64,000 nt of DNA from Eledone cirrhosa (GCA_964016885.1 OZ024743.1:254014001-254078000), one strand, 5' to 3'. Shown: positions 1 through 13,116, numbered from the stretch's first letter. Numbers and translations: made by a program. Notes: generated from the sequence alone by a model not told the origin.

Positions 1-109
1 CAGGAATGCAAATACATTAGACACACTGTTTCGAAAAGTAAGACATTTTGAATGAAATTCAATAAAAAAATTCATTATATTTCATATACATACTTATATA
101 TATATATAT

Positions 110-511
110 ATGTTGGTCCCACAACATCCAGGCTGAAACAAATGAGATCGTGTAGGTGTCACGACAAAAAAACACAGTCCACGCTGTAAATGTGGCCGTG
201 TAGGCAACACGGTAAAAACCTCCCAGCCCCACACTGTAAATGTGGTTGGTGTTAGGAAGGGCATCCAGCTGTAGAAAACCCGCCAGACAGTCCACGCTGT
301 AATGTGGCCGTGTAGGCAACACGGTAAAAACCTCCCAGCCCCACACTGTAAATGTGGTTGGTGTTAGGAAGGGCATCCAACTGTAGAAAACCCGCCAGAC
401 AGTCCTATGCGAGCAAGACAACCACTCTTGCCTCAAGTGGGAAAACCCCCGTCCAAACCCATGCAAGCATGGAACACGAACGCTAAACCTGATGATGATG
501 ATGATGATGAT
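110..511 (+). mobile_element. RTE LINE 3' UTR-only copy (5'-truncated) with (GAT)n tail
   Basis: Near-identical to 27198-27600, the 3' UTR of the RTE at 24691-27600, including the ~120-bp internal tandem duplication. Starts inside a (TA)n tract. Confidence 0.9.
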
Positions 512-517
512 ATATAG

Positions 518-2412
518 CTGCCGAGATGCTGAAGGCATCTGGGTCTGTATGTCACATTATAACCAGACGTATTGTTAACCATGTAATACTAGAAGGTGTC
601 ATACCAAAAGATTGGTGCAGTAGCATCATTGTCAACTGCTACAAAGGTAAAGTCGATGCACTAGATAGAGGAAACTATAGAGGTATAAAGTTGATGGACC
701 AGGTCATGAAAGTAACAGAAAGAGTTATAGCACAGTTGATTAGGGACCGGGTAAAAATAGACGAGATGCAATTTGGGTTTGTACCAGGAAGAGGCACCAC
801 TGATGCCCTCTTCCTTGTGAGTCAATTACAGGAAAAGTACCTAGCTGAAAGTAAGCCACTCTACTTGGCATTTGTCAACCTTGAGAAAGCCTTTGACAGA
901 GTTCCACGTGCTGTAATCTGGTGGGCTCTTAGAAAACTAGGAGTAGATGAATGGCTTGTGAAAGCGGTACAAGCCATGTATAGGGGAGCAGTCAGCAAAG
1001 TTAGGATTAACAATGAGTATAGCGAGGAATTTAGCGTACAGGTTGGGGTCCACCAGGGCTCTGTTCTTAGCCCCCTCCTGTTCATCATAGTCCTGCAGGC
1101 AATAACGGAGGAGTTTAAGACCGGATGCCCATGGGAACTCCTGTATGCTGATGACCTCGCACTCATAGCTGAATCTATGGTAGAACTACAGAATAAATTC
1201 CAAACTTGGAAGCAGGGACTAGAAAGAAAGGGTTTCAAAGTCAACATGACAAAGACTAAGCTCCTTGTAAGTAGACGAGAAAACAGAACCCAGATCCCCT
1301 CAAGGAAATGGCCTTGCTCAGTATGTAGGAAAGGTGTAGGTAGGAACTCCATTCTCTGCCCCAAATGCAAACAATGGGTACACAAGAGATGTAGCGGGAT
1401 CTCAGGAAGCTTAATTAAGAATGTAGGCTTCACATGCAGCAGCTGTGCTGAGACAGCAAGCAGCAAACAGACACAGGAAACAAGTACCACCAATCTCTGG
1501 GAGGGCTCTGTAGAAACAGTAGACAGCTTCTGCTACCTAGCTGACCGAATTAGCAGCGGAGGTGGGTGTTCAGAAAGTACAATAACTAGGGTAAGAACGG
1601 GATGGAAGAAGTTTAGGGAACTACTACCACTGCTAGCTGCAAAAGGCTTCTCCCTCAGAATGAAAGGCAGACTGTATGATGCGTGTATCCAAACAGCAAT
1701 GTTGCATGGTAGTGAGACCTGGGCACTGAAGGTGGAAGACTTACGTAGATTAGAGAGAAACGAAGCCTGCATGCTCCGATGGATGTGTAACAGTAATAAA
1801 CGTGAACGACAAAGCATAAATGAATTGAGAGAGAGACTGAGCATAAGAGGAATCAAATGCTGTGTGCAGGAGAGGCGGTTGCACTGGTATGGTCATGTGA
1901 CGCGTATGAAGGATGACAGCTGTATAAAAAGTTGCAGAGCACTAGAAGTTGATGGAAACCGCGGAGTGGGGAGACCCAAGATGACCTGGGATGAGGTGAT
2001 AAAAGCCGACCTTACCCAATTACACCTCTCAAAGGCAATGACACATGACCATGACTTCTGGCGTCATGCAGTAATACAGAGTACCCAACCTCCCATGGGT
2101 ACAAGCTGAAGCATATAGACAATATGCCCCCACACCCCCCACCGCAAGGTGGTCGTGGAGGTGCCACGGCAAAAAAGCACCCAGCCCACACTGTAAAGTG
2201 GACGTGTAGGCACCACGAAAAAGCACCCAGCACTCGCTGTAAATGAGGTTGGTGTTAGGAAGGGCTTTCAGCTGTAGAAATCAAGCCAGATCAGTTCCTG
2301 TATGAGCAAGGCATGGTCAGCCGACCAGACACTGCCCACAACAGGACAACCTGTCTAACCCATGCTAGCTGGAAGAACGGACGTAAAACGGTGATGATGA
2401 TGATGATGATGA

Positions 2413-2416
<4 letters not shown>
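518..2416 (+). mobile_element. 5'-truncated RTE-clade LINE (RT, inserted PHD finger, C-terminus, 3' UTR, (GAT)n tail)
   Basis: ORF 526-2109 has YKGK..NYRGIKL, QFGF, GVHQGSVLSPLLF, LYADD and RLHWYGHV..R..GRPKMTW, all typical of RTE. 3' stem-loop CCATGCTAGCTGG, then (GAT)n, then (TA)n. Confidence 0.95.
526..2109 (+). CDS. RTE reverse transcriptase fragment, 527 aa (no APE domain; probably inactive)
   Basis: Open frame, but the motif-A Asp reads AFVNLEKAFD versus AFVDLEKAFD in the 25701 copy. C4HC3 finger at 1315-1446. Confidence 0.85.
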   Translation: MLKASGSVCHIITRRIVNHVILEGVIPKDWCSSIIVNCYKGKVDALDRGNYRGIKLMDQVMKVTERVIAQLIRDRVKIDEMQFGFVPGRGTTDALFLVSQLQEKYLAESKPLYLAFVNLEKAFDRVPRAVIWWALRKLGVDEWLVKAVQAMYRGAVSKVRINNEYSEEFSVQVGVHQGSVLSPLLFIIVLQAITEEFKTGCPWELLYADDLALIAESMVELQNKFQTWKQGLERKGFKVNMTKTKLLVSRRENRTQIPSRKWPCSVCRKGVGRNSILCPKCKQWVHKRCSGISGSLIKNVGFTCSSCAETASSKQTQETSTTNLWEGSVETVDSFCYLADRISSGGGCSESTITRVRTGWKKFRELLPLLAAKGFSLRMKGRLYDACIQTAMLHGSETWALKVEDLRRLERNEACMLRWMCNSNKRERQSINELRERLSIRGIKCCVQERRLHWYGHVTRMKDDSCIKSCRALEVDGNRGVGRPKMTWDEVIKADLTQLHLSKAMTHDHDFWRHAVIQSTQPPMGTS

Positions 2417-2469
<53 letters not shown>

Positions 2470-2610
2470 GTACTAAATTAACAACAACAAAGTCAAGTTA
2501 CTTTACCTATTCATATCATTGTTTTACGATCGTTTCAGAGAGTCGATCATATTGACATATTGTCTAATCTATAGCAGTTATATAGCTGTATACTATCAGA
2601 CATAATATAT

Positions 2611-2646
<36 letters not shown>

Positions 2647-2657
2647 TCTGAAGAAGA

Positions 2658-2777
2658 TGGCCTGCCCGCCCAGCCAGTGGGATGGCGTCATCATATTGCT
2701 AAAACAGCACAACGTGCTATGACCAGCGCTGCCGAATGGCGCCCGACATACTGGTCGGTCAAGGTGATCAAGGTGAT
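2658..2777 (+). mobile_element. 3' tail fragment of SINE family B
   Basis: Matches 50936-51052 (TGGCCTGCCCGCCCAGCCAGTGGGATGGCG...GGTCGGTCAAGGT). Flanked by (TA)n. Confidence 0.8.
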
Positions 2778-3375
2778 ATATATATATTGACTTAATACCA
2801 GCAATCTTTGTTACCTTTATAATATATATATATCAAAATCAATATCTTGCTTAATCCAATGTTTTAAATTTAGGTTGCTGGGCATGGTTCCTAAAATAGA
2901 GCTTTAGGTTCTGCAATTTTGGGGAAATACTATAATATTTCCATGAGTTTAAAACCAAATAGACAAGTTTAAAGTGTATTTATCCAGATCAGCACTTAAA
3001 TAATGAAGTGATTCCTTTCAGGAAAAAATGATCAATCACCAACCAATTCATTTGGAGAGAGAAACAGTAGACTTACTAATGAAATTCTGGTTATATATAT
3101 ATTTGGTTTGATATTCACTCTTTTATATTTTCCTGTTTTACATTTTGATTTCAGTAACATCTTGATACAAGATACTATTAAATATATAACCACTAATGAG
3201 ATAAATATTCAGTAGAAGCATTGTATATATGTACATATACTCACAGAAATATATATGTGTGTATGTATGTATAAATATATGTGTGTAAATGCATATACCT
3301 GTGTATGCATGTGTATCTATATTTATGTGTGATTATGTGTGAATGTATACATATGTCAATACATAGGTGTTTGTA

Positions 3376-3459
<84 letters not shown>

Positions 3460-3527
3460 TATATATATGTGTATATATCATTTTCATTTTCATTTCATTT
3501 TACGTCTGCTTTTTCCCTGCTTGCAAG

Positions 3528-3565
<38 letters not shown>

Positions 3566-4847
3566 GAGAGAGAGGGAGATACATACATGCATTTGTAAAC
3601 GAATGAGTGTGTGAGTATGTACATACACATGAGTTCTTTAAAATGTTTATTTTTTTGTCTTGGAGATCCTTATTTCTTTATTTTGATGTAAGGTTCATTA
3701 TAACGGCTGTTGTTGTTTCTTTGCCAGCTCATTAATTAATATCGTTAAAGCTTGAGGTTCATTATGGCTAAATAGTTAATATATACATGAAATTCAGTGA
3801 AAAAAAGTGGGTAAAAACAACTTCAGAAATGAATATTTAATGAACAAATTTGCCAATATTTTATAGACAACCATCTTTTAACATTGAAAAAGCAACCATC
3901 TTGTCTTTTGTTAATGCTATATTTCCTTCCTCCAACATTTATCCTTTTCTTGATTTATTCTTTTTCTTTTATATTTCTACAGCTTGGAAGAAGACTGAAT
4001 GTTCTAGAACTTTTCGGTCACATGACAGCATGTTATGGAAACGAATTGAAAACTCAATTCTTTGACAAAACCTCTAAATTCTTCCTAGGTCTACTTCAAT
4101 CAGATTCATATTTTCTTTAGCAGGTCCTACCAACCATTTCTTTCACCATGACTTTCTTCAAGACAAGAAGTATTACATGTTCTTTGTAAACAAGAGAATT
4201 ATGCTTTCACAAGATAGTTATCATTTAGCTTAGCATTCATTAATTCTCACACAAAACAAATCCATAGTTTTATTGTAAATGTTTGAATTATTGTGAATAT
4301 TGTTTTTTTTTTATGTAGTAGTGTTAAATTGACCTTATGCTGAGTAAATCAAAAGAGATTGTAATTTGCTTTATGAATTATTGAAGTAGCGGCTGCAATT
4401 GAAATTTGAAAACAGAATCCAAAAACAGAATATAACTATGACAACTATCACTATAATAAATGAGAAAATCAGGTATATTTGACTTAGAGACAAAAGAGCT
4501 GCCTACCTTGACTTATTTCTGTCTCTAAGGCTAATTTACCCAATTTTCTCAACAATTATAACAATTATTTTCCACATTTAAGAATCTTACATTTTCTGAT
4601 TACAAAATGTACTAAGTTTGGTTGTTATTTTACAATCTTTTTATTTTTTTTTATTTTCAACATATGATATTCTTCTCATTTTTTGCAAATATTAACTACA
4701 AGGGAATTTCATTTCGGTTACATTATTTCAACAAGACCCTTGACAGAAGAGAAAGGGTCTCAGATATAACACTAACTTTAGGATAGAGAAAGAGAGAGGG
4801 TGAAAGAAAGCACTGATTAAGTGACAACAATATAGTAATCATTATTA

Positions 4848-5150
4848 CCAGTATCGGTAGAGGGTCGGACGCCATGCTTTCCAGCATAGTTACATCCCTT
4901 TACGATCTGAGTTCAAATCCTGCCGAGGTTGACTTTGCCTTTCATCCTTACGGTGTCGATAAAATAAAGTACCAGTAATGCACTGGATAATTGCTGGCCT
5001 TGTGCCTAAAGTAGAAACAATTATTACAAGAGTTACAGCACTTTATGGTCTGAGTTCAAATCCCGCCGAGGTTAACTTTCCCTTTCATCCTTACGGGGGC
5101 GAAAATCTACTGGGTAATTGCTGGCCTTGTGCTAATAGTAGAAACAATTA
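4848..5150 (+). mobile_element. SINE family A, full copy plus tandem truncated copy
   Basis: tRNA-like A box (CAGTATCGGTAG) and B box (GAGTTCAAATCC). Body TTTGCCTTTCATCCTTACGG..TCGATAAAATAAAGTACC resembles the MetaSINE domain as I recall it. More than 10 copies in the window. Confidence 0.85.
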
Positions 5151-5345
5151 TTACAATTAGAATAAAACTACACAAAGCATTAATACACTACATTTACCAT
5201 TAATATAAGCTATATCTTTATTACTACAAGTTTATTATATATATATATAGAGAGAGAAAAGAAGATAGGAAAGTAGGTAGCTAGCTAGCTAAGGGAGGTA
5301 GATAGACATATGCGCACACATATATTTATATATGCATGAGTGTAT

Positions 5346-5416
<71 letters not shown>

Positions 5417-5930
5417 AAATATATATATATATGAAACACAATGGGAAAATATCTGAGAAAGAATATTGAGATAGAGAGCAGCCATATTTGACATAACTAC
5501 AGCAAGGATAGAAGATAAAAAATAACAAAATTACAAAAACGTGAAACAGGGGCCTTTGCTGTGAGCAGAAACACTATAAAATCTATACAGCACAACATTC
5601 CTATATAACTGCCACAAAAAATAGGTATATAAATCTTTTACAAATAGCAACAGAATATAAAAAAGAAAGAAATGGTAATCAACTTTTCTACATATATTTG
5701 TACGGGGCTAATAAACAGAAAATATAAAACTTGGTGCAGTGGTAAATAAGGAAAAAGTATATAAAATATATATACCATACATGTATATATACATATAAAT
5801 ATATACATGTATATACACACACATACAGACACACACAAACACACATACACATATATATATGTACACACACACATATATATACATATAAATAGATACATGT
5901 ATATATACACACACATAAAGACACACACAA

Positions 5931-6063
<133 letters not shown>

Positions 6064-6377
6064 AATGCACACATGCATACATATATTTCTGCTCAAATAA
6101 CATAAAAAGAGGGAAAAAAGTTATGTTAAACAAAATTGTAGGGTAAACTCTTATAGGAAATGTCTTACCAAACCACCCTCTGTTTCTTTCTATTACACAC
6201 ACACACACACACACACACATTGACACCCACTCTCACATGTATCCCTGTTTTATCTCTCTTTAACTTATGAAGATATAGCTTGTTACTTGTTGGTACTTCC
6301 ATGTTTATTTTATTTCATGGTATTTGCATAAAGTTTTATCTATTTTCTCCAAGTGATTGGTTTCTATGTTGAAACCA

Positions 6378-6636
6378 TTGACACCTTGTTCAACATATCT
6401 TTATAGTTCAAGAACATATAAAACCTTACACAGGATTAGTGACTACTACTTAGGTACTCCTGAGTTGTTTGGTGCATCAGGCAAAAAGGTTCTGCTATTC
6501 AAATGATTAGTGGCTCTATTGGTTTGATTTGTTCATTCAAACTATTGACATCTCACTCAACATATCTTTATAGAAGTTTAAGAATATATAAAACTTACAA
6601 TACTGAACTTAGTACTTAGCTTCTCCTGAGTTGTTC
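6378..6636. repeat. Diverged direct duplication (~90-bp arms, ~165 bp apart)
   Basis: ATTGACA..TCAACATATCTTTATAG..AAGAA.ATATAAAAC..CTCCTGAGTTGTT occurs twice. Confidence 0.7.
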
Positions 6637-8195
6637 AGCATAAAATTTAGATAAAATTTTAAAGTCATGGCAATGTGGCAAATTAATGGAGTTTCTAAAG
6701 TATTAGACAGAATACTTTGTAGTGTTTATTCTGACTCTTTGTGTTCTGAGTTCAAATCCTGCTGATGTCAATTCTGCACTTTCTTATTCCAAATCCCACT
6801 TCCTCTCACCAGAAATATATTAACACTCCTTTCTGTCAGGAGTTGTAACCAATATATATTTTCAGCATTGGAAAGACATCATTTCCTTGGTCTGATTTAT
6901 AAAAATTGGTTTCTTTTGATTTTCTCTCTTGTTGAAGTATGCACACAAGACCAAAGGGTTTTCAAACTTTGAATGGCCAATAATATTCAAATCTGATCAA
7001 TTTTGAAGAATACTTAGCTAGAGATTATATATTTGAGATCTCACTACTGTGTAACATTACACAAATTATGTATAATATTTAATAAATTCGTTTACTTAAT
7101 GAGTATTGGGAAAACTTGAAATTTGAAATGTGTGCATCCCAAAGCAAATAGACAAAATAATACTTGATCACTATAAATGATGGTTTGAGAAAATTGGTTA
7201 AAGTACCCCAAGAGATGGGAAAATGGCGAGGGACACCTGTGAGGAATCAAACACTGCATATCTAGAATGCTGTGCAAGTGTGTTAACCACTACTCTAAGG
7301 AATTGCAGGCCACCGATTATCATCTGTTAGACTTTAAGCCTAAAGCTGGAAATATATACAACTGGTTTACTTAAGAAACATTATCAAAATTTGAAATTAG
7401 AACTGCAGTTGTCTCAATGCAAATGATTACAATAATATTCAATCATTATAAATTATAGTTCAGAAAATTGAGAGAAATACCCCTAGTGATGGAAAATGTC
7501 AATTATGGCAATCAGTAGTCAACAGGTTAATGCACTCACTGGGCATCTAAGAGTTGCAGGGTTTCTACTCTCCAATGTGTCTTTATCCACTTTTTTTCCT
7601 ATCTCCAAGGGTACTTTACCTAATTTTATCAACTATTCTTGCAATCATTTCCATTGGTATGACTGCATTTTAAATTTCATAAAATTTATTATTTTCAAAA
7701 AATAAATTTCATGTCACTTACTTATTTTGTTATCAATAATCTCTATGTGCATCATGAAATTAAATCAAAAAAGATTTTAAATGATATTTGGCTGTGAACT
7801 GTAGTTCTAAGATCTGATAACACTGCATGCAATTAGATACATGACTGTGGACATGCAATATCATGTACAAATGTTTATTTATTAATTATTGTATTGATAA
7901 CAAAACCTAATTAATGTGTCACTCTGTTGCAAGGATCCAAGCCAGGTCTAAAGTATGAAGAGATCCCTCCTTTCTGTTACCAGTCTTGGAGGCGTTGAAG
8001 TCAGTTATGGGCACTATCCATCCATTTCCCTAACTAAAATGTGAAAATAATCATCAAATGTCAATAAAATCCATAATTGTCAGTTCTACCAATGCTAATA
8101 TTTCAATGGCATTTCTCTTTGTTGGTTTATTTAATAAAATAACTAAGAAGAATCAAATAATGACATCCGTTAGGAATGGAATGGATATATGTGTG

Positions 8196-8280
<85 letters not shown>

Positions 8281-9156
8281 TTGTTAGCTAAAATGAAAAA
8301 AAAAGGAAAAACTCTCATTCTGACAAACATCCATTATTTATGATGTAACATTTACATGAGAAATTGTTTCACCATTTTTCCTGACGAACAAAATAGAAAT
8401 TATTGTAAAGCTGTTTTGCTTGTTTGTTTTTCTTTTTGTTGTTTACTCTTTGTGCCATTATTATTATTATTATTATTAAAAATATATATATTTTCTTTTT
8501 GCATGTTTTAAAAAATAAGTAATTCATTTCAGTTGGTGTTGATGATTGTGGTGGTGGTGGTGAATTTGCTGCTCTTGTTGGTGACAGGGTTCTAATCCTG
8601 TTAAGTCATTTCTAAAGAGAGTGTGATCTTTAGGCTATGATAATCCATCTCAACGTTAATATCTGTCAAGAGTGGGGAGAGATGATGGGTAGGGAATATT
8701 TATAAGTTGACAATATATCAATTTATTTTTCTGGAGTAAGAGAAGAAATAAACTAACTCAGAAATACAGAAATTAATAAATCAATAATAATAACAGCAAA
8801 TACAATAAAGATGAGGCTGATAATTAAACTCCAAATGGATTCTTTCAAGTTCTTCATATGGAATCTGGAGGGAGTCTTGTTCTCTCAGTTACGTAGCACC
8901 TCATGAAACTAGAATATGTTTTGTCCTGATGAGTCTCTAAGTCTGAAACTGTCTTTAACTGTTTTGTAATTTTTTAAAAATATGTATGTATATGTATTGT
9001 GGCTGATATGGGTTGCTCAAACCCCTTGAAGGCAGTGCCCCAGCATGGCTACAGTACAATGACTGAAATCAGTAAAAAAAAATGGAGGGAGTGGGCCTTC
9101 ACCAGTTACAATAAGTGATTGATTCATCAATAGAACAGCCTACTCCTGAAATTAAC

Positions 9157-9770
9157 ATACAAGTGGTTGAGCATTTCACTGACTTATATGCTATTAATGT
9201 ATTTTTCTGAGATTCCTCATGACACAGTATATGACAAAGCTGAACACTTGAATTGCAATTGCAAGTCATGTAAGTCTGAGTATCTACACATATATGTACC
9301 CTTAACATAATTATCAGGGAAATTCAGCATGACACAGTCTATGACAAGGCTTGACCTTTTGAATTACAAGTACAATCTATTTTATAATTGTTTCTACTTT
9401 TGGCACAAGGCCAGCAATTAACCCAGTGTATTACTGGTACTTTATTTTATTGACCCTGTAAGGATGGAAGGCAAAGTTAAACTCGGTGGGATTTGAACTT
9501 AGATCATAAGGGGAGGTAACTCTATGCTTCAAAGCATCTACCAATACTGCCCTCTCTTATTATAATGTAAGTGGTTGAGTATTCCACTGCCATGTGTAAA
9601 TTTAATGTAATTTTCAAGCTGAATCATTGTGATACTACGTGTACAACTAATTGTGCCTTATAGTGTATGTGGCTAGTTATCCTCCAAACACATATAACCT
9701 TATCATAATTTTTAGGGAGATTCAGCATGACACACTTTGTGACAAGGCTGATATTTTGAATTACATGTAC
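9157..9770. repeat. Old ~110-120-bp tandem-unit repeat interrupted by a SINE A
   Basis: Recurrent AAGTGGTTGAG.ATT and ATTCAGCATGACAC..TGACAAGGCT..TTTGAATTACA units. Confidence 0.6.
9386..9551 (-). mobile_element. SINE family A
   Basis: Reverse complement of the family A consensus. Confidence 0.85.
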
Positions 9771-10262
9771 GGTGTATCGAATGGGCTTATATATAGTTTA
9801 CTCATACCTAATTTCATTCACAAGACTTGGGTTGACCCAATGCTATAGTAAAGAAACTTGCCAGAGATGCCACATAGTGTGATCAAAGCAAACTTCTTAA
9901 CCATTCGACAATGCTGCATCCATACAAAAGAATAAAAGAATGAGGAAATCAATTGATATCTATCAAGAGAACTACTTCACCAAGCTAAGAATAAAGGAAT
10001 GCCAGTGAGAAATTATAGCCAAATGTAATCAGGACCTTCTCGTAATTATTTATACAGAAACACAACTGAACATTAAATAATCTAATTTACTCAGTATCCA
10101 TAGCAATGTCATAAGAAACTGAATTTGACCCTAATTGTGTCATTCAACCTCACTCGACCACGTTGTAAACATTAGTGGAAGAGAAAGACAAGTGGACAAT
10201 ACAAGGTCAAGACAGAGTGGAGAAAGGAAATTTTATACAAACAAATGAAACAGATTGAAAGA

Positions 10263-10500
10263 GTATGGCCTAGTCGTTAGAATGTTGGTATCATTTAAGG
10301 TTCAATCTTGGACCACGTGGTGCAATGTGTTTGTGAGCCAGGCACTTCATTTCACATTGCTCCAGTCCAATTAGTTGAAACAAGTGAGTACCAGCAGTAG
10401 CTAGAAGGTGGAGTAATAACTTTGCAATGGACTGGCATCCAGTCCAGGGAAGTCTCATACTCTCAGTCACTTAACACCACATGAATCTGGGATAAGCTCC
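10263..10500 (+). mobile_element. SINE family B (CORE-like), diverged
   Basis: TGGCCTAGTCGTTAG A box, GGTTCAATC B box, and CACTTCATTTCACATTGCTCCAGT core shared with 50815. Confidence 0.65.
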
Positions 10501-10664
10501 ATCTTTTGTTCAACCTGTGCCAGTATAGAAAAATTGTGAAACAAACTTCTTAACCATTCAGCCATGCTTTTTTCCTCAGGAGAATTTAAGGGTCATAATA
10601 ATACATGATAGTGACTGCAGAGGACAGGTATAGGCTGGAGAGAACTAAAGCAGCCATGCCTCAA

Positions 10665-11010
10665 AGGATGCGCAATGTTAGAGTAAGAGAATGGCAGAGC
10701 TAGGATAAACTGAGAGAAAAACTGGGTTTAAGAGGAATCAGATGTAGTGAGTAGGAGAGGAGACTGTGATGGTATGGACAAGTGATGCACAAGGATAATG
10801 ATTGGTGAGTAAAGAAGTGCCAAGAAATTTTAATAGAAGGAAGCCACGGAAGAGAAAGATCATGAAAAACCTCAGCAGCGGTGGTGAGAGCTGATCTCAA
10901 ATCACTGAAAGTTACAGAGAAGATGACGAAGGAACAGGAGAAGCAAAGCGATGCTGGGCTGAAGAGGAACCATCCATCCCATGCAAGTGTGGGAAAGCAG
11001 ACATCATCGT
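10665..11010 (+). mobile_element. Decayed RTE 3' fragment
   Basis: Translates to LREKLGLRGIRC..RRL.WYGQVM..KKCQEILIEG. Ends in the CCCATGCAAGTGTGGG stem-loop. Confidence 0.8.
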
Positions 11011-12763
11011 TTATACATCCATTGACATAGGTAGGGTGGGAAATTTTAAGCCATATACTCCTCATGACACCAACCCCTTTAATCAACTCCTTAGATCACA
11101 CAAAGATATAATGAACCTATTCTAAAAATGAATACACACAGTAGGAAAGAAAGTGGTGGATATAGAAAAGAAACACAATAATGCCTTGAAGCATGGCTAA
11201 GAATAATTAGTAGAAATTCTAAAACACAATGTCTGTAATGCTAACATAATTGATAAACTTTCCAATCTCTGGTTGAAATATTTTATCTCTCTTGATACAA
11301 AATTGCCTGAAACAAACCTTTGTTCAGTGATACAATATTGTTTATTTTAAAGTGTTTACCATCATCATTATTTAATGTCTATTTTCCCTGTTAGCATATT
11401 CTTCCATTACAATTCTATGTAAGAGCATTTGTTAAGTTACGTTCCAAACACTAGCTTATTAATGAGAAATTAAATTATATTACTAAATCCCTGAAATTTA
11501 AGAATATTTAGAAAATGGATTTAAATTGAAATATGGCAATAAAAAGGTTAAGTAGTGAACATGAAATTATATGGCTAATGTATCCAAAACTAACAGACAG
11601 TCTTTTTACTATATAGATAGAATGATATTAATTCTTAAAAATCAAAATCAACAAAGAGCACAAAAAATGACAGATTGATAACCATTTTACAAAAAATTCT
11701 CAGCTTCTTTGCTTTCCAACAGGGTAGCTATTTATATGTAGAATGATAATATCTCATCAGAGGAAAGAAAAGAAAAATGATGTAGTTATATAAAATAAGA
11801 GATATTAGTAAAAAAAAAATGTAGTCTAAGCATTGCATTTATTGCTTAAAGAAACCGCCTTTGGCAGTAGCCTGCCACAATCTGGTATATTGAAGACAGT
11901 GGAAATAAATAATTGCCTATACCAAAGGCTATATATCAAACAAGCCATGTCGGAATGGAAAAACATCAATAGCTCTGCAAGTTAAAGAGAACATAATAAT
12001 AATTTTAAAAAAGAAAGAAAAGTAGTAATATCTCTATCAGAAAGACATTTTATAAGGAGTGTATTATATAGTTACTGCTGACTAACATTAAACTACCAAT
12101 GGTTATAAATGATATAGGTAAATTATAAACCATTGCTGTTATATGCAAGTACAAGTTGACTACAGTTGCAACTATGAACACCCTAGTTGTTCAATCAAAT
12201 AAATGGTCTACTAATTAAATCAATATCTAAGTAGCTGAGTATTCCCCTCGAGTATATCCTGGTTTTGGTGTTCATGGGAGTATATCACTAATGAACTCTT
12301 GATTTGCTCTCCAGCACATATATATATCTATGTTGTGGTGTCCATAGTCAAACATCAGTAATGAGTTCCTCCTTAGCTCTCCAGCAAAGTCCTACAAACA
12401 ACATACATCTATGTAATGACATCAATGATTGCAAAATGATTACTGTGCAACCTTCCATTGGTTGAACACACTAAAAATGTACTCAAACATGTGGCTGGAA
12501 CCATACAACAGCACTGATTCATTGGTAACACTGAAGAACCACTACATTACATAGTATAAATGCTTCATTCATTTTAGACACTGCTGATAATCTTCTACTC
12601 TCAAGGCCCATGCCTGACTGCCATACAGACGAACACAAGAATCATATAATCTTCCTTTCTGAGAGAGAAAACTTTTATTGTGAACTTAGCTAATAGCTCC
12701 CTGAACTTCTTTCATCCTATTTACACTCTGGTTCCAACAATTTGCATATAGTCAGTTTCAAAT

Positions 12764-12807
<44 letters not shown>

Positions 12808-12839
12808 CCTCCTCCTCCTCCTCCTCCTCCTCCTCCTCC

Positions 12840-12888
<49 letters not shown>
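12764..12888. repeat. Compound trinucleotide repeat (GAT)n-(CCT)n-(CAT)n
   Basis: Read directly. The outer blocks are reverse complements of each other. Confidence 0.95.
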
Positions 12889-12936
12889 TTATGTCCCTTT
12901 GTATCTACCAATACTGCCAATCCACTGGCGGTAGAT

Positions 12937-13116
12937 TGGCAGTATCTGTAGAGGGTCGGACGCCATGCTTTGACGCATAGAGTTACGGCCATTGCCATTC
13001 TGAGTTCAAATCCCGCCGAGGTTAACTTTGCCTTTCATCCTTACGGGGTCGATAAAATAAAGTACCAGTAATACACTGGTTGATTGCTGGCCTTGTGCTA
13101 AAAATAGAAACAATTA
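12937..13116 (+). mobile_element. SINE family A, full length
   Basis: Matches the family consensus. A short inverted copy of its head precedes it (12903-12922). Confidence 0.9.

Noticed and set aside
861-1856. Antisense ORFs over RTE and PLE coding regions
   Set aside because: Shadow frames of the sense ORFs, with no independent motifs.
3983-4120. Plus-strand coding exon after a strong polypyrimidine-CAG
   Set aside because: No recognisable protein, convincing donor or partner exon. It cannot be supported from sequence alone.
8920-8960. CTGATGAG...GAAAC hammerhead-like spacing
   Set aside because: Neither stem I nor stem II can pair convincingly.
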